64,000 nt of DNA. Source: Ramazzottius varieornatus (taxonomy: Eukaryota; Animalia; Tardigrada). Position 1 is the stretch's first letter. Each line of letters opens with the position of its first letter. The notes beneath the pieces are model-generated. The model was given only the letters and a program-made list of their open reading frames with translations. It did not search any database and was not told the DNA's origin. Location of the stretch: the NCBI GenBank assembly GCA_001949185.1, contig BDGG01000002.1, forward strand, positions 6,190,448-6,254,447, written 5' to 3'. Positions 11,099 through 23,500 of this stretch are shown one piece after another. Position numbers and translations under genes: made by a program.

Positions 11099-12527
11099 GT
11101 ACAGCAGTATGCTATCTCGTTCAGTGTAGTGACGTTGGCATATATGAGTATTATATTAAATTAGAACTTATTACTTGCATCTAATATATCGTATTAACAT
11201 TTATCAGATAACTCGGCCGAGGTGGAATATTTATTAGTATTAAATTAGATGAAAGCCAGAGCTAGTAATGTCATACTAAGATCAAGCCGAAGGGCGCTCC
11301 ATACTAGAAGTATTAAAATGCGGAGTTTGGCTTCACTTGATTAAAGTAATGCTTGATCTGCGTCGGCAATAAGCGTGAAGCAGTGCGCAGTGTGCTGTGT
11401 GCCAGTCGATTTTACGCATCAACCACCTGCACGTGTGTTACACTGACGAACGTTCGAATTTGATGACTTGATTGAAGCAGTTGATCTGATTGGTGAGTGC
11501 AGGACTACGATTTCGGGGACTCAGTTGCATACCCGCCAATCGCGCTGTAAAAAATGCATTTCAGCGTGATTCTGCAATGCGTTTGCAGAGTCGCGCTTGA
11601 AAGAACGGCTTAAAAAAAGGAATTCTCCGAACACCAGGCAGTAGAGATAACAGCCGCTAAAACTGTTGTTATTTTAGGACGGTTCCTTGGTAGTACTTTT
11701 AACTGATAATTCATGACCTTTTAATTACTGGATCTGGATGAAACTGCTTTAGTGATGAAAGTGTTGAGGAAGAAAGTTATCTTTTCCCGTTGACACATGG
11801 ATCTATATATATAATATATTATAATAAAAACCCAGCGACACAATTTGATATATTGACATTACATTAGATGATCTGCGGTCGGGGCATATTGTGTTAAGAC
11901 TACAGTGGAACTCTGGCAGCCCGGGCTTATTAAATTAAGATTTTACTAGATCGCGATACCCTTATACCAACATCACTGGTCTCCGCATGCCTGACTACGG
12001 CTGATGTCAGCTGCCCCAGACGTCACGAAATAATGCGTTAAAAATCTAGCCGGCTCGACCACAATACTGCCTGACGGAACAGATGACCAAACGCCAATGA
12101 GACACTTGATCGGCTTTCCACTCTGGCATATCGTGGTCACTCGTCAGTTCGATAACATAGTCAACGTGATGTTCCGCAATGTTTGAAGGAGCTGAAATCT
12201 TCTGATAAAGTTGCGCCTGCGGAAATCATTGCGCCGACGTGAGAAGTAGAGCTCGTAAAAACCGCTAAAATTGGGTTCGAACACCAAATGTTCGGTTTGG
12301 GACGAAAGAATGTGCGCACCGATCACAAATTTCCTCTTTCCGACCGTTCACAGCAGGCTGTACGTGGCAAATGGGTAATTTTTGATATTAGGCTGGGTAA
12401 ATCATCCGGCCATCGCTGCCCCGCTGTACTGTACAAGCACGAAAAACTTTGCTGCGATTCTTACCCTTACGCTAGTCGTTTTGAAGGTCTTCTCGTTGAC
12501 GGATACTGCTAAGGAAAAAGGAGTATC

Positions 12528-14850
12528 ATGTCGGAGGATAGTAAAGATTCGGATGATTGGGAAGCCGTCGAGTCAGCTAATGTCGAGGACGAAGAGGACC
12601 AACTTCCGGTTGCTTCCACACCTGTTGAAATCGACGTACCACTCGACGGTTCGGCGAAGAAGGTTAAAAAAAAGGACCTAGAAGCATTGCTGCTAGCTCG
12701 ATTGAAGCGAAAAGAGAAAGAGATGAACGTTGACATCCACAAAGTCCATGTGTTGTGCTGTTTGACTCACGGCTTCTACCTGAACGACACTATCGGCCAC
12801 AACGTAGACCTCCTGGGGACAGCTCTGTCACAGTGGAGTATGCCGGTCGTCCAGAAGATCTGTCAGGATACTAATTCTATCGAACTGGATGCTCGTCGAC
12901 TGCATCTGTTGGTGCAGTCCATTAAAGGCAACTTTCCTCTGAAGGACGTTAAAGATGATGTCACCGATACAACTAACACCGTCGCCGATCTGAAACGAGC
13001 ACTGGTTCAGAAACGGTGTGGATCGTATCTACATCAAGTTCTCATCACCGTCTTAATGCTACGATGTCTTGGTCTGGACGTAAGGTTGATCTACAGTATG
13101 CAGCCTCGACCTGTGATGAAACTACTTCAAGAAAAACCCGCATCTCGAAATACCGATAAAAGTTCCGGTACTGTAGAATCCCCGTACTTTAGCGGTAAGG
13201 GTCCTTCCAAGCCTTCTTCGAGCAAAGCAACCCAACTGGAGCCCAGCAAGAAAGCAAAGACGTTCTCGAAGACGAACGGAAGTACGAGAACTTCCGGTGG
13301 GAAGAAATCAGTTTCCGATGCTGACGAAGATTTTGAACCGGTGCCAAAGAAACTTCGCTCGAGTGCATCCACACCGTCGAAATCTCCTTCCAAGAACAAA
13401 ATCCCAGAAGCAAGAACTCCAACTTCAACGCTCAGGAGCGCTTCGCAGCGATCGACACCAAAGAAAAGCAGCGTGTCGAGCAAATTGCTTGTCGGTGGAT
13501 TTGATTACTGGATAGATGTATATTGCTCTCGACTCAAGTCTTACGTTGCAGTATCCCAGTCTGCCCATGTAGACGGTGCCAACCAACATACGAACTGTGA
13601 GAAAAGCGCAACCCAACCTGTCCACTATGTTGTGGCATTCGGCGAGAAAAACGAAGCTAAAGATGTCACGGCTATGTTCTCGTCGGACTTCCTAACTAAT
13701 ACCCGGAAGCTACAAGCAGATCCCGGCTGGTGGAAGAAAACTCTGAGCATGTTTCGTCCTGGAAACCTTCTTCGGGACGCTGATGAAGATGACGCGATTC
13801 GAGAACTCTTGCTAAAACGTCCGTTACCAAAATCCGTGCAAGAGTATAAAGGCCATCCTTTGTATGTGTTGGAACGTCACTTGTTGAAGTACGAAGCTCT
13901 GTATCCTCCGAACACTGCTCCTGTTCACAAGATCAGGAACGAGCCGGTGTACCTAAAGGAGCTTGTGCATTCTCTGAAGACAAGGGAAAACTGGCTGAAG
14001 GAAGCAAGGGTGATCAAGCTTGGAGAAAAGCCTTACAAAGAGGTTCGGAAAGCGAAACGCGGACACAAGAAAATTTCCCAGCTGGCTGCGCTCGCTGGAA
14101 TTCCCAGCACGTGCAAGGAAGAATCGTCTGGCCTGTTCGGAAGATGGCAGACGGAAGACTATACTCCGCCAGTTGCTGAGAATGTGAGCGCAAATATTCA
14201 GAAAAATGGATCTACATTAATGTTGATTTTACGTTTTCAGGGAATCGTACCGCGTAACGAGCATGGCAATGTGGACATGTTCAAGGTGAGAAACGAACAT
14301 GAAGTTGGGACTGCCCGGGTATACTCGAAGAATTTTAGAGCGCATGTCATCATTGAAATCTTGTTGAGATGAGACAATCAGAAAATCATCATTTGTCGCA
14401 GCCCTCCATGTTACCTATCGGATGCGCCCACATTCACATCAAGGATATCCATAAGGTCGCTAAAAGGCTGAACATTGACTGTGCAGCTGCGATGATTGGA
14501 TGGGACTTTGCCGGTGGACACTGTCATCCAGTGATGGACGGCTGGATAGTGTGTCAGGAATACGAAGAAACGTTACTCGATGCATGGAACAACCAGCAGG
14601 TATCTCTAAATAATGTTATAGAAATTTACTTTCATGACGTGAAGCTGACGTGATGTTCTTTCAGTTCAAAGTGGAGGAGGAAGAAAAGGAAGCGAAGTCG
14701 AAAAAAGCTATAGACAACTGGAGGAGGCTGATTCGAAACCTGAGGTTGAGACGAGACCTCGAACGGAAGTACGGTTCTGCGCAGGGGGGCGCGTCAGAAG
14801 AGAGAAAGAAGCCTCCCGAACCGGAAGTCATCGAGATTGATTCAGAGTAA
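12528..14850 (+). CDS. XPC: DNA damage recognition protein XPC (Rad4), 4 exons (introns 14184-14240, 14286-14401, 14600-14664)
   Basis: Acidic DSDDWEAVE (TFIIH p62-binding-like string), HKVHVLCCL, DYWIDVY, KDVTAMF, BHD motifs PLPKSVQEYKGHPLYVLERHLLKYEALYP, LFGRWQTEDYTPP, VPRNEHGNVDMFK|PSMLPIG, GWDFAGGHCHPVMDG, and centrin-binding helix NWRRLIRNL. Confidence 0.97.
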
Positions 14851-15267
14851 GCTATCCTATACAACCCGCATTTCAGAGATTAAACAGAGCCCCATTCTCG
14901 TGGTATTGCTGGTCTTGAACCCTGGGATCTTCGTCGTGTTCAGTTGAACGCCTAGGATTTGTGGTACATCCAGGATAATTAATTTTCTTCTGGTTTGAGT
15001 ATTGGGATTCGAGTTTCGGAAGGCTTCATTTGAAGGACTCAGCCAGAGTCCGTATGTAGTAGTTAGCATGCTTTGCGTTCACGCTTCGTGGAGGTTTCCT
15101 TTCAAAAGACCGAACTTATGGTACTAGTGTACGATTATGCTTCGGGTGGTTCATGTGGCAGTCTTTGTACAGCGCCACGTTGTGTTTAAGCTGAAGGGAG
15201 AGGTGTATTTGAGCACAAGAAAGAAAGCTATGACGTCATCGCAGAGAAGCCTGTTTTCAGAGCAGTC

Positions 15268-18200
15268 TTATCTAGAAGGAACATTTATCACATTTGGTGT
15301 AACGTTTGCCGAGATGATTTTCTTCCTCGATATAACCGGGAGCGAGGTCGTGACTTGTTTTCTTGCATAACGTTCGCTGGACGTATTGCTGTTCACTTCG
15401 TCTTCTATACCGGAGTCTTTTTCGCGAGCAGATTCGGTGCCGCTTCTGTCCGATACTTTATCGTCATAGTCATCGTCTTCAAGGCGTCTCTTGATCGATC
15501 GTGCTGGATTAACGGCTGTAGTCTTTGGTAACTTTGTAGCGCAGTTGTTCGAGACAGTAGCAACCGTCTTCACTTGGCTGCTCTTGATAGCTTCATCACT
15601 CGTGTCTGGCGCAGGCTTTTCGCGATTAGCTGTCTGTTGAAGAGACTCATCCGACCCCCATTCATCCTTGAGGATCTGTGACCAGTCTCGTTCACCTTGC
15701 TGATGACGCCCTGCCTGCAGTGACATCGCGGTCTGTGGGGAACTCTTGGGATCGTGGTTTAGCACCACCGCGTCGAGACCACGGGCCTGGGGAAGGGTTG
15801 AACTGTTTTGGGCGTTCTGCACACGAATCAGTTCAGCGTTTATTTGCTGCAGTTGATCGTTGCTTGAACGATCTAGAGTATCGTTCTTCCCTTTTCCAGG
15901 TTTGTTTTCTTCGTCGATGATCTCCAGATGGGGAAGGAACTTTCGTTTGTCGAGTCGGCTCTTGGTGATGTTGACCATGCAGTGGATTTGCGCTATACGT
16001 AGAAAAGATAAAATCTCATAAGAGCTCGAGTAGGTTTTCGATTGGCTGTGATTAGATTTGCCAGAGCGTAGCTGGTGGAATTAAGGCAGAGTAATTACCT
16101 CGAAAACTTTCCGCTTCGTAAGGAGGGTTCTTCAGGCATTCGACATCGAGGTAATCAGGGTCGAAGTAAATTTTCCGCCGTCGGATGGGCGGTTTTGGCA
16201 GAAGCTTGTTTTCATGTCGATCGTGTAACACAACTTGGAGCTGATCATGCTTGCGCAGGGCTTCTGGTGTTTGTACGATCAGAACATCGTTGAGAAAGAA
16301 CGGTGGCGGACTGTACAGGTAGCGTAATGACAAAGGAAGACTTCCTCTTCTGTTCAAGCTGGTTTGATACTTTGTCTGAAAAGAAAGGTTTGTAAGTTCT
16401 GGTTGAGTAATGGAATATTGATTGATACTAAAAGAAGTCTTCTCTTACGACGAACGCTCATGCGAAGTAGGAAAATATTTGGCAGGCTGCATCACGGCCA
16501 CGTACCTCGTCTGACCATGAGGAACTGGACAAGGAAGTTTTGGATACTTCCGAGCCGTCGTTGGCTGCGAGGCCTACCGGTAAGCCAGCAGATCCCGGCT
16601 CGCTATCCTCACATGCCATATTGTCGTGATAGTCCAGGGATCGTTCATCCTTTCGGGATTTTTTCTTGTTTTTTCGTAGTCTGGATGCTACGAACATGGC
16701 TAGGACGATGATGTACAGCACGCCTAAGGCGCCACCACAAGCAGCGGCCACAATGACGCCCGTTTCAATGGCATCATTGAAGTGTGATGACGGTGCGGTG
16801 TCCATCAAGGCCGCTGACTTTACAAGTCCTGAGGTTCCGGCAATGCGCATAAGGAAGCACAAGTTGACTGAAGGTAGCTTGGTGGAACTACACATGGATG
16901 TCAGGAGCACAATTCGCCCTTGAAGGAAGTTTGCTTGCTCGGATGATCCGAGCCACTAATAAAAATGGAGCGCCACGTTAGGTAAACGAACAAACGAACT
17001 CCACCTCATAAAAACACACCGGGCGAGAAGTGATCTATTTATAATCCCGCTCAGCTTACTTGTAGATTATAAATGATGTATTTCGGCTTTGCTTGTCTCG
17101 CCGACAGCGTTGTCTCTACTAATCTGAAGCGCGGGTAGTGATTTCCCAAATGGATAGTGGAGAATGGCGCCCATCCATCCGCTGAAAGGAACTGGCATTC
17201 CACAATGTGACAAATAGCATCGCCGTGCTCCTCTTCCCCTACAAGAAAATGAAACCTCAACGTTTGTACCAATGTCAGCCCGGAGGGGACTATGAGCATG
17301 CCCGTCTAACAAATTACACGTACCGGGAAAAGTTAAATTAATTTGGCGGCGGATGGTATGCCCGAAAGCCGGCAGATGGACAGTTGGATTTACTTCTTGA
17401 GATAAGCCGTCAGACAAACTTCCATAGGGACAACCTGAAAAAAAACAAAACATTGTGGTGCCCGAATGTCGTATCGGCGTTGTATCGGAGCGGCTTCGAC
17501 GTCATCGCGGTCTGCGAGGCGCATACTCCAGCTTCTGCGCCTTGCTAGAATGCGATGACGCCGGGCGCTCGCCGTAATCGAGTAGACTATAGAAGAAGTA
17601 GATTGTAAGGGTAGTTTGGTAAAGGTTCGACGAGAAGGAGTTTCTGGCGGGCTCTCGACCTCTCGTTCCTTATTGGTAGTTTACGAAACTGTTTCTTTGT
17701 GTAAAATGCACTTCTTAAACTGAATTTTCTGATACTTTTTTTCCTGGATGCTACAAAGCGAAGCTACAAAGCCAGGCGGAATCAGATTTTTCTGCTCTTC
17801 CGGTATCGTGCAGTGTTGCAGCGTAAAATGTAAACTGTGCTGTACCGCAACATCCGGCTTCCGCCCGAAAGTGAATAAACTTGATCTTCAGTGGACAATG
17901 CAATATTTGGCACACCGATTGTTGATCTGATTTCAGCTTGCTGCCTTATTAACAATCAAGAGCTCTTGGCGTATTACCATAGTTCTAGCGGTTGCTGAAC
18001 TCGCAGTTTTTTTCCCATTGATTTTAGTGGCAACGACAATGCTACCTGAGTAAACAAGCGTCTGTTTTTGGCTGCAATCGACTTTCGCCGACACCACCAA
18101 AGAATACGCAACACAACCTATATGGCAAAGCTATGGTCTGCGGAGAGGATCCACACCACTGTAAATGGAGGAAATGCCATCGACGAAAGAAAATCCAGTT

Positions 18201-19202
18201 TGTCTGAACTAAATATAGGGAGTCTAATTTTGAAGTTAGTCGGTCGTTGACCACTTCACTGGGTATTACCTTCAACAAAAACTCTGCCGACATCTGAGAT
18301 CGGACCATACGGATATCACATGGAGACCAAATGCAAACGCTGTGTTCGGACTCTGTTCGATTTTATGAATCAGGAGAGGACCAGGAACCATAAAAACGAG
18401 GCTGGGGTTCTGGCGGCTATACTATTTTTCCCTGGAAGGTACTGAGAACCAACTGTATATTTTTCGCAAAGATATTTAAATTTGTAAAACCTTTCCGGCC
18501 ACGAGATCTTCCGCCAACATTTTCAATATTGAACTTCCTGTTAAATCTACATTACAAGATACACACAGTACACGCAATGTAATCGGTTATAACAACAAGG
18601 AAAGTAACCTCAATGCATTTGACACCGCTCGTGTTGAAATATATGGAGCATAGAGCCAGGTCAGTGTGCGAACTTTCACTTGGTGCATAGCAAATAGTGA
18701 TCACTGATCAGCAAAGAAAGCGAACCGACGATTAGAACCTAGCGAAGCGCGCCGTCTTCGGGCGTAACGCTTTCAAATAAATTTTGGGAACCCTCTGTAT
18801 TAACTCAAAGTGTAATTAGTATCCCGCCTTTGTGATCGGCAAGAAACTCCAGATTGCTCGAAGCTTACCCGCAACATCGGGGACTTGCCGCACGCAGGTT
18901 GCCGTATTGTCCTGGTAAATAGGTGTTTGGGTCGGACACTCGCAGCCACAATTGTTCATTTCCACCACACTGGCGGGTAAACTTGAAGACGAACGAAATC
19001 TACATCCGTTCCTACTGTCACAAGCACTTGAGTTGTGCGCTGAGAAACGGTCGGGCGTATTCTCAAATCTCGTAACACGGACGGGTGGCGCCGTCGATCC
19101 TGAGACTCCCACCGCCCTGGGACTAAACACAAGCGTCATCCCCAGCGATAATATCATAAATGTTTGCCGTAATGTAGTCCATATAAAGTTCCAGTTCATC
19201 AT
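15268..19202 (-). CDS. sha: Shavenoid/kojak-like single-pass membrane protein, multi-exon; 3' end uncertain
   Basis: Signal peptide, then a Cys-rich ectodomain (VTRFENTPDRF...CGCECPTQTPIYQDNTATCV; ICHIVECQFLSADGW; LQ|WLG...QGRIVLLTSMC...CFLMRIAG), a TM helix (VIVAAACGGALGVLYIIVLAMFVA) and the cytoplasmic motif RRKIYFDPDYLDVECLKNPP...KRKFLPHLEIIDEE. These resemble blocks I recall from insect shavenoid proteins. Confidence 0.72.
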
Positions 19203-20566
19203 GCAGTAAACACATATCGAACTCTTCAGATCAGTCTTCAGAAGGATATCGGGCCAGCTATGGTTGAGCACCAAGGATGCGGCGGAAACCGAAGCCGGGC
19301 CGTAAACACGAAAGTATTAGTCCACTAAATTCGACACCATAACGTTCCCCCGCCGTTCCGGAAGATCAAAGCGGTAAATTGCCTGTCCATCCTCAGCAAT
19401 TAAGACTCGAGAGTAATGACTACGTTGAATCGTGACGCCTTCACTGATTTTTCTTGTACTCGCATTTGCCGCTTGAGCATTTGCTCGCGTACGAACGCCT
19501 AGACGTTAGAAAAAAGTTAGAGTACAGTCGACGTACTTACGTTAGAGACCTTGTTAAGGAATGCGGAGGACAAGCTATACTGGTTAACGTATAAGACGCG
19601 ATGGGAGAAGCATGAAAAGAGAACACTCAGAACACATTTGTACTGCTTTCACCTGGCCGATCAACCGAACGAACCGCCCACGATGGGCTTGCGAAGCTTT
19701 TTCGATCTGTTATGTGGTCTGGACCCGCGGTGACGTCGGCTCATGGCTCCTCAGTTCGTACGTATACACCGCCATTGTTCGGACCTATATTGATCCAGAA
19801 TGAACTCTAAACAGCTTCGAGGGCTGGATTGCGTGAGAACATGATCAGAATTTATATTCCTTATCGTTGTTGGCTGTCGCAATCTTGGCACTTGGTCCTT
19901 TTTTTACGCACAGACAGTCGCCCGAGTACCCACCGGAAACCGAAATATCGCGTCTGAAACTCGGATGCGAGCCGCGCCTGTTTTGTCTTCGTGCAAAGTT
20001 CGAGCTCGGCTTAATGATTCTACGTCAGACCTTTGTTCGCATTGTCCAGATCCGACATGTGACGGATGATCTGTTATCGCTGGCTTTAGTCAAACTTCAA
20101 ACCAGTGGCGCACTCTGCATGGCATACAGCATACACGCCTCGCCACGGTTCTTGGTCCCGTATAAATAGTGGTCTTATCAATTTTATGTTCATTTAGACG
20201 GCTCTTTGAAAGTACGAACTTGTGCGGGTGCCTGAAGTCTTTCCCACAGGCGCTGGGAACAAGGTATTGTTGTTTGTCTCACTCCGTGATGATTCCGTGT
20301 TTGGAGCATGCGTAACAGTAACCATTCTGCCTGTGGCATAGTGTTTGCACTTCGTGTGTGGCTGAGAGAAATTCATTTGGCCACTTGTTGCTTGCTCGGA
20401 ACTTGGCACTCGTAGTATACTTTCTCTGAGTGACGGAAATCACAACGCATCTGCTTCTGTCATTCATTAGTTGGGCTGAAGGCTCCACTCACGTCTGGAT
20501 ATTCGGCCAAACCCCATCTGGAAGAAGAAGAAGAAGAAGCATGGACTTTCTCTCCCAGGAATACTG

Positions 20567-23500
20567 ATGATTAGGAAGATGCTGGGCCTCAACGAAGACA
20601 CCAGCGTTTCTTTCCTACGCATGGGAGACATTGTGTCTCTCTATGCAGAGGGAATATCCAACGATGCGAGCCCGGATTCGGGATTCCTCTCGTCGCTCGG
20701 GTAGGGAGTATTCTAAAGCCACATCGGGTTTCACTATATATGTACGACACGTTGGTGTTGCAGGCTAGTAGACGAAAGATGCATCGTCCAACCGGATGCT
20801 GGAACGTTGGACGTTCCTCCACGAAAGTTTCGAGGTATGCTGTCGGTACAGTCACTTGCTATTTGCGAAATAACGGTGGCGTGCTGGGAACGTTAAAGTT
20901 AAAGCCTCCGTGCAGTCGCAGGCATCAAACTCAACAGGTGGCCGACAGTAACTTCTGGTCATCTGCTGACGATGGTGCAGTAATGGTTCTTGCACCTATT
21001 AGCTCGAATAATCGGGGTTTACTTGTTCCAGATTGCCTGTTCAAGATTTGTCCGATGAGTCGGTACACTGCTCAGAATCAATTCCGGAAAAGCAAGCTAG
21101 CGCGCCAGCAGACAAACTCGTTCACCCTCACCCCATCTTCCCTTATGAGCAAACTCCATGTAAGAGGCCGGAAGCTCATTCTTTTGCTTTGAGCATTAAT
21201 TGCTACGACTGCAATATTGCTTTTCATCCCAGCATGCCGCCGAAATCGAGAAAAAGCAAAACGACAACGAGAGCAAGAAGCTCATGGGAACTCCCATCTT
21301 ATATGGAGCGATCGTGCAGGTATGTACTGGACAATCTTGGTCTACCATGGGCTATGTGTTCGGGTAGGAGTTCTAAGAACGTTTTCCAAAGAACTATGTT
21401 TCAGTTCCTGCACCTCAAGAGCAATAAATTCCTAACCGTGAACAAGCATTTACCGGCCATGGTGGAGAAGAACGCCATGCGGGTGCATCTTGACTCTGCC
21501 GGAAACGAAGGGTCTTGGTTCTACATCTCACCGTTCTATCGGTTACGGGCCAAGGGGGATACGGTGAGCTGGTGTACAGGTTGGTCGGCAAACTTTCTCA
21601 TTTCGAACGAATGTTTTCGCGACAGGTGGTTGCCGGCGATCAGGTTATTATCATACCCGTAAACGCAGCGCAGCCGTTACATGTGAGTTCCATGTCCTTG
21701 AGTGACTATCCCGGATGCCGGGAAGTCAACGCAATTCAAAGTCTGGAGCCTTGCCCGTGGAAGCTGTCAGTTTATATGGATTACAAGGACGCCTCATCGG
21801 AGCACATTTTGAAATCTGTGAGAGTTCTACGTCTTACACCTAACTTACACTCTAGTGCTTCTCATAGAAGGAATTCTCCATTGCTACCACATTATATATT
21901 TTTGCAGGGGGACGTGATCCGACTGTTCCATTCCGAGGAGGAAAAGTTTTTAACTCTGGACGATTATCAAAAGAAACAGTACGTGTTTCTGCGGGTAACG
22001 GCAAGAGGGAGCGCCGCAACGGCCACTAGCTCGAAAGCCTTATGGGAAGTGGAAATCGTAAAGAATGATCCCTGCCGAGGTGGGCGTGCCACATGGGATA
22101 GTCTGTTCCGGTTCAAGCACTTGGCCACCGGAGCTTTCCTGTCTGCCCAGGTACCAGCTAAGAAAGCCATGACTGCCACATCACACTGTAAACCGTTCCA
22201 AAGCCTTTCCTATCAGGAGGGTCGTGACAGAATAGCTTTGTTTAGTCGCCGGATCTGCATACTACCTAAGATTCCGTCCTTACTTTTTAGGTGGACAACG
22301 ACACTACAAGCGATGTCGTTAGGAACAAGTTGCGTGGAGGACCGGGCACGCCTGTCTACTATTTAACGCCGCACACACAAGATTTCGACCGAACTTGCCT
22401 GTTTGAGCTTCATCCAACGACATCTGTGAAGCGCGGATCGTCCATTCCAAAGTATGTTTGTGTTTGTCTTAGATAACACTAGCTACTCTGACACGTACAG
22501 CACCGAAACCATTATTGTATCTCCGTAGAAAGCAAACATTCGCACGGTTCAAACACTACGACACAAACTCCTGGATACACAGTACGACGATATCGTTCGA
22601 CAAGACGCCACCTGCTGGAACGAAAACCGGAAGTGAGCCCTGGCGGCCCGTCATGGACAAAGTGGGACTTGCCGTTCAGCGCGACGATAAAGAAGCTTTT
22701 GCGATCGTCCCTGTGGCAGCCGACGAAGGTAATGTGCTTTTGAATGACTGGTATGACGAATACTTCCTTATAAATTCGTGATTTTTCAGTTCGGGATCTG
22801 GACTTCGCAAACGATACGGCTAAGAGCTTGGCCGGCATCAACAGCAAGATTGCAGACCGAACGGCAACACGAAGTGACATCAGTATTCTGCGAAAGGTTC
22901 TTACCGACACCATCTACTTCGTGGCTGATACTCCGGACAAAGGAGGCGACTGCCTTGAGATGGTGGCCGAAACTCTCAACCGGGAAAAACAGAAGCTGAT
23001 GCGCGAACAGAACGTCCTAAAACAGGTACTCAAACGAATACCGAGAAGAACGAGCTAGTTCCTTTTGAAACGTGTCCCTATCCAGGTATTCGCGATCTTG
23101 CGGACACCTTTCGCGGATGAGACTGTGCTGGAAAAGAAACCTTACTTCTACCTGGAGGATCTGAACGATCCCCGTCAGGCACATCTGAAACAAGTGATGC
23201 GCTACTGCTATCGGCTACTGCGTCTGGCACAGCAGGACTACCGCAAAAATCAGGCATGTGCTGAGCCTGTACTCTGATCAATGTTACCTGTTCACAACTG
23301 ACATCCCACAGGAGTACGTTGCGAAAGAGTTCAGCCTGATGCAACGCCAAATAGGCTACGACATCTTAGCCGAGGATACTATTACAGCGCTGCTACATGG
23401 GAACCGGAAGTTGCTGGAAAAGCACATCACGGAGAAAGAAATCAACACGTTCATCAAACTTGCCCAACGGAACAAAGATAGCAAGTAGGACTTTTTTTAG

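Noticed and set aside
20541-20567. Short uORF (MDFLSQEY*) overlapping the ITPR ATG as TGATG, preceded by (GAA)6
   Set aside because: CTTTCTCTCCCAG|G at 20558 looks like a splice acceptor, so the upstream ATG is probably intronic.
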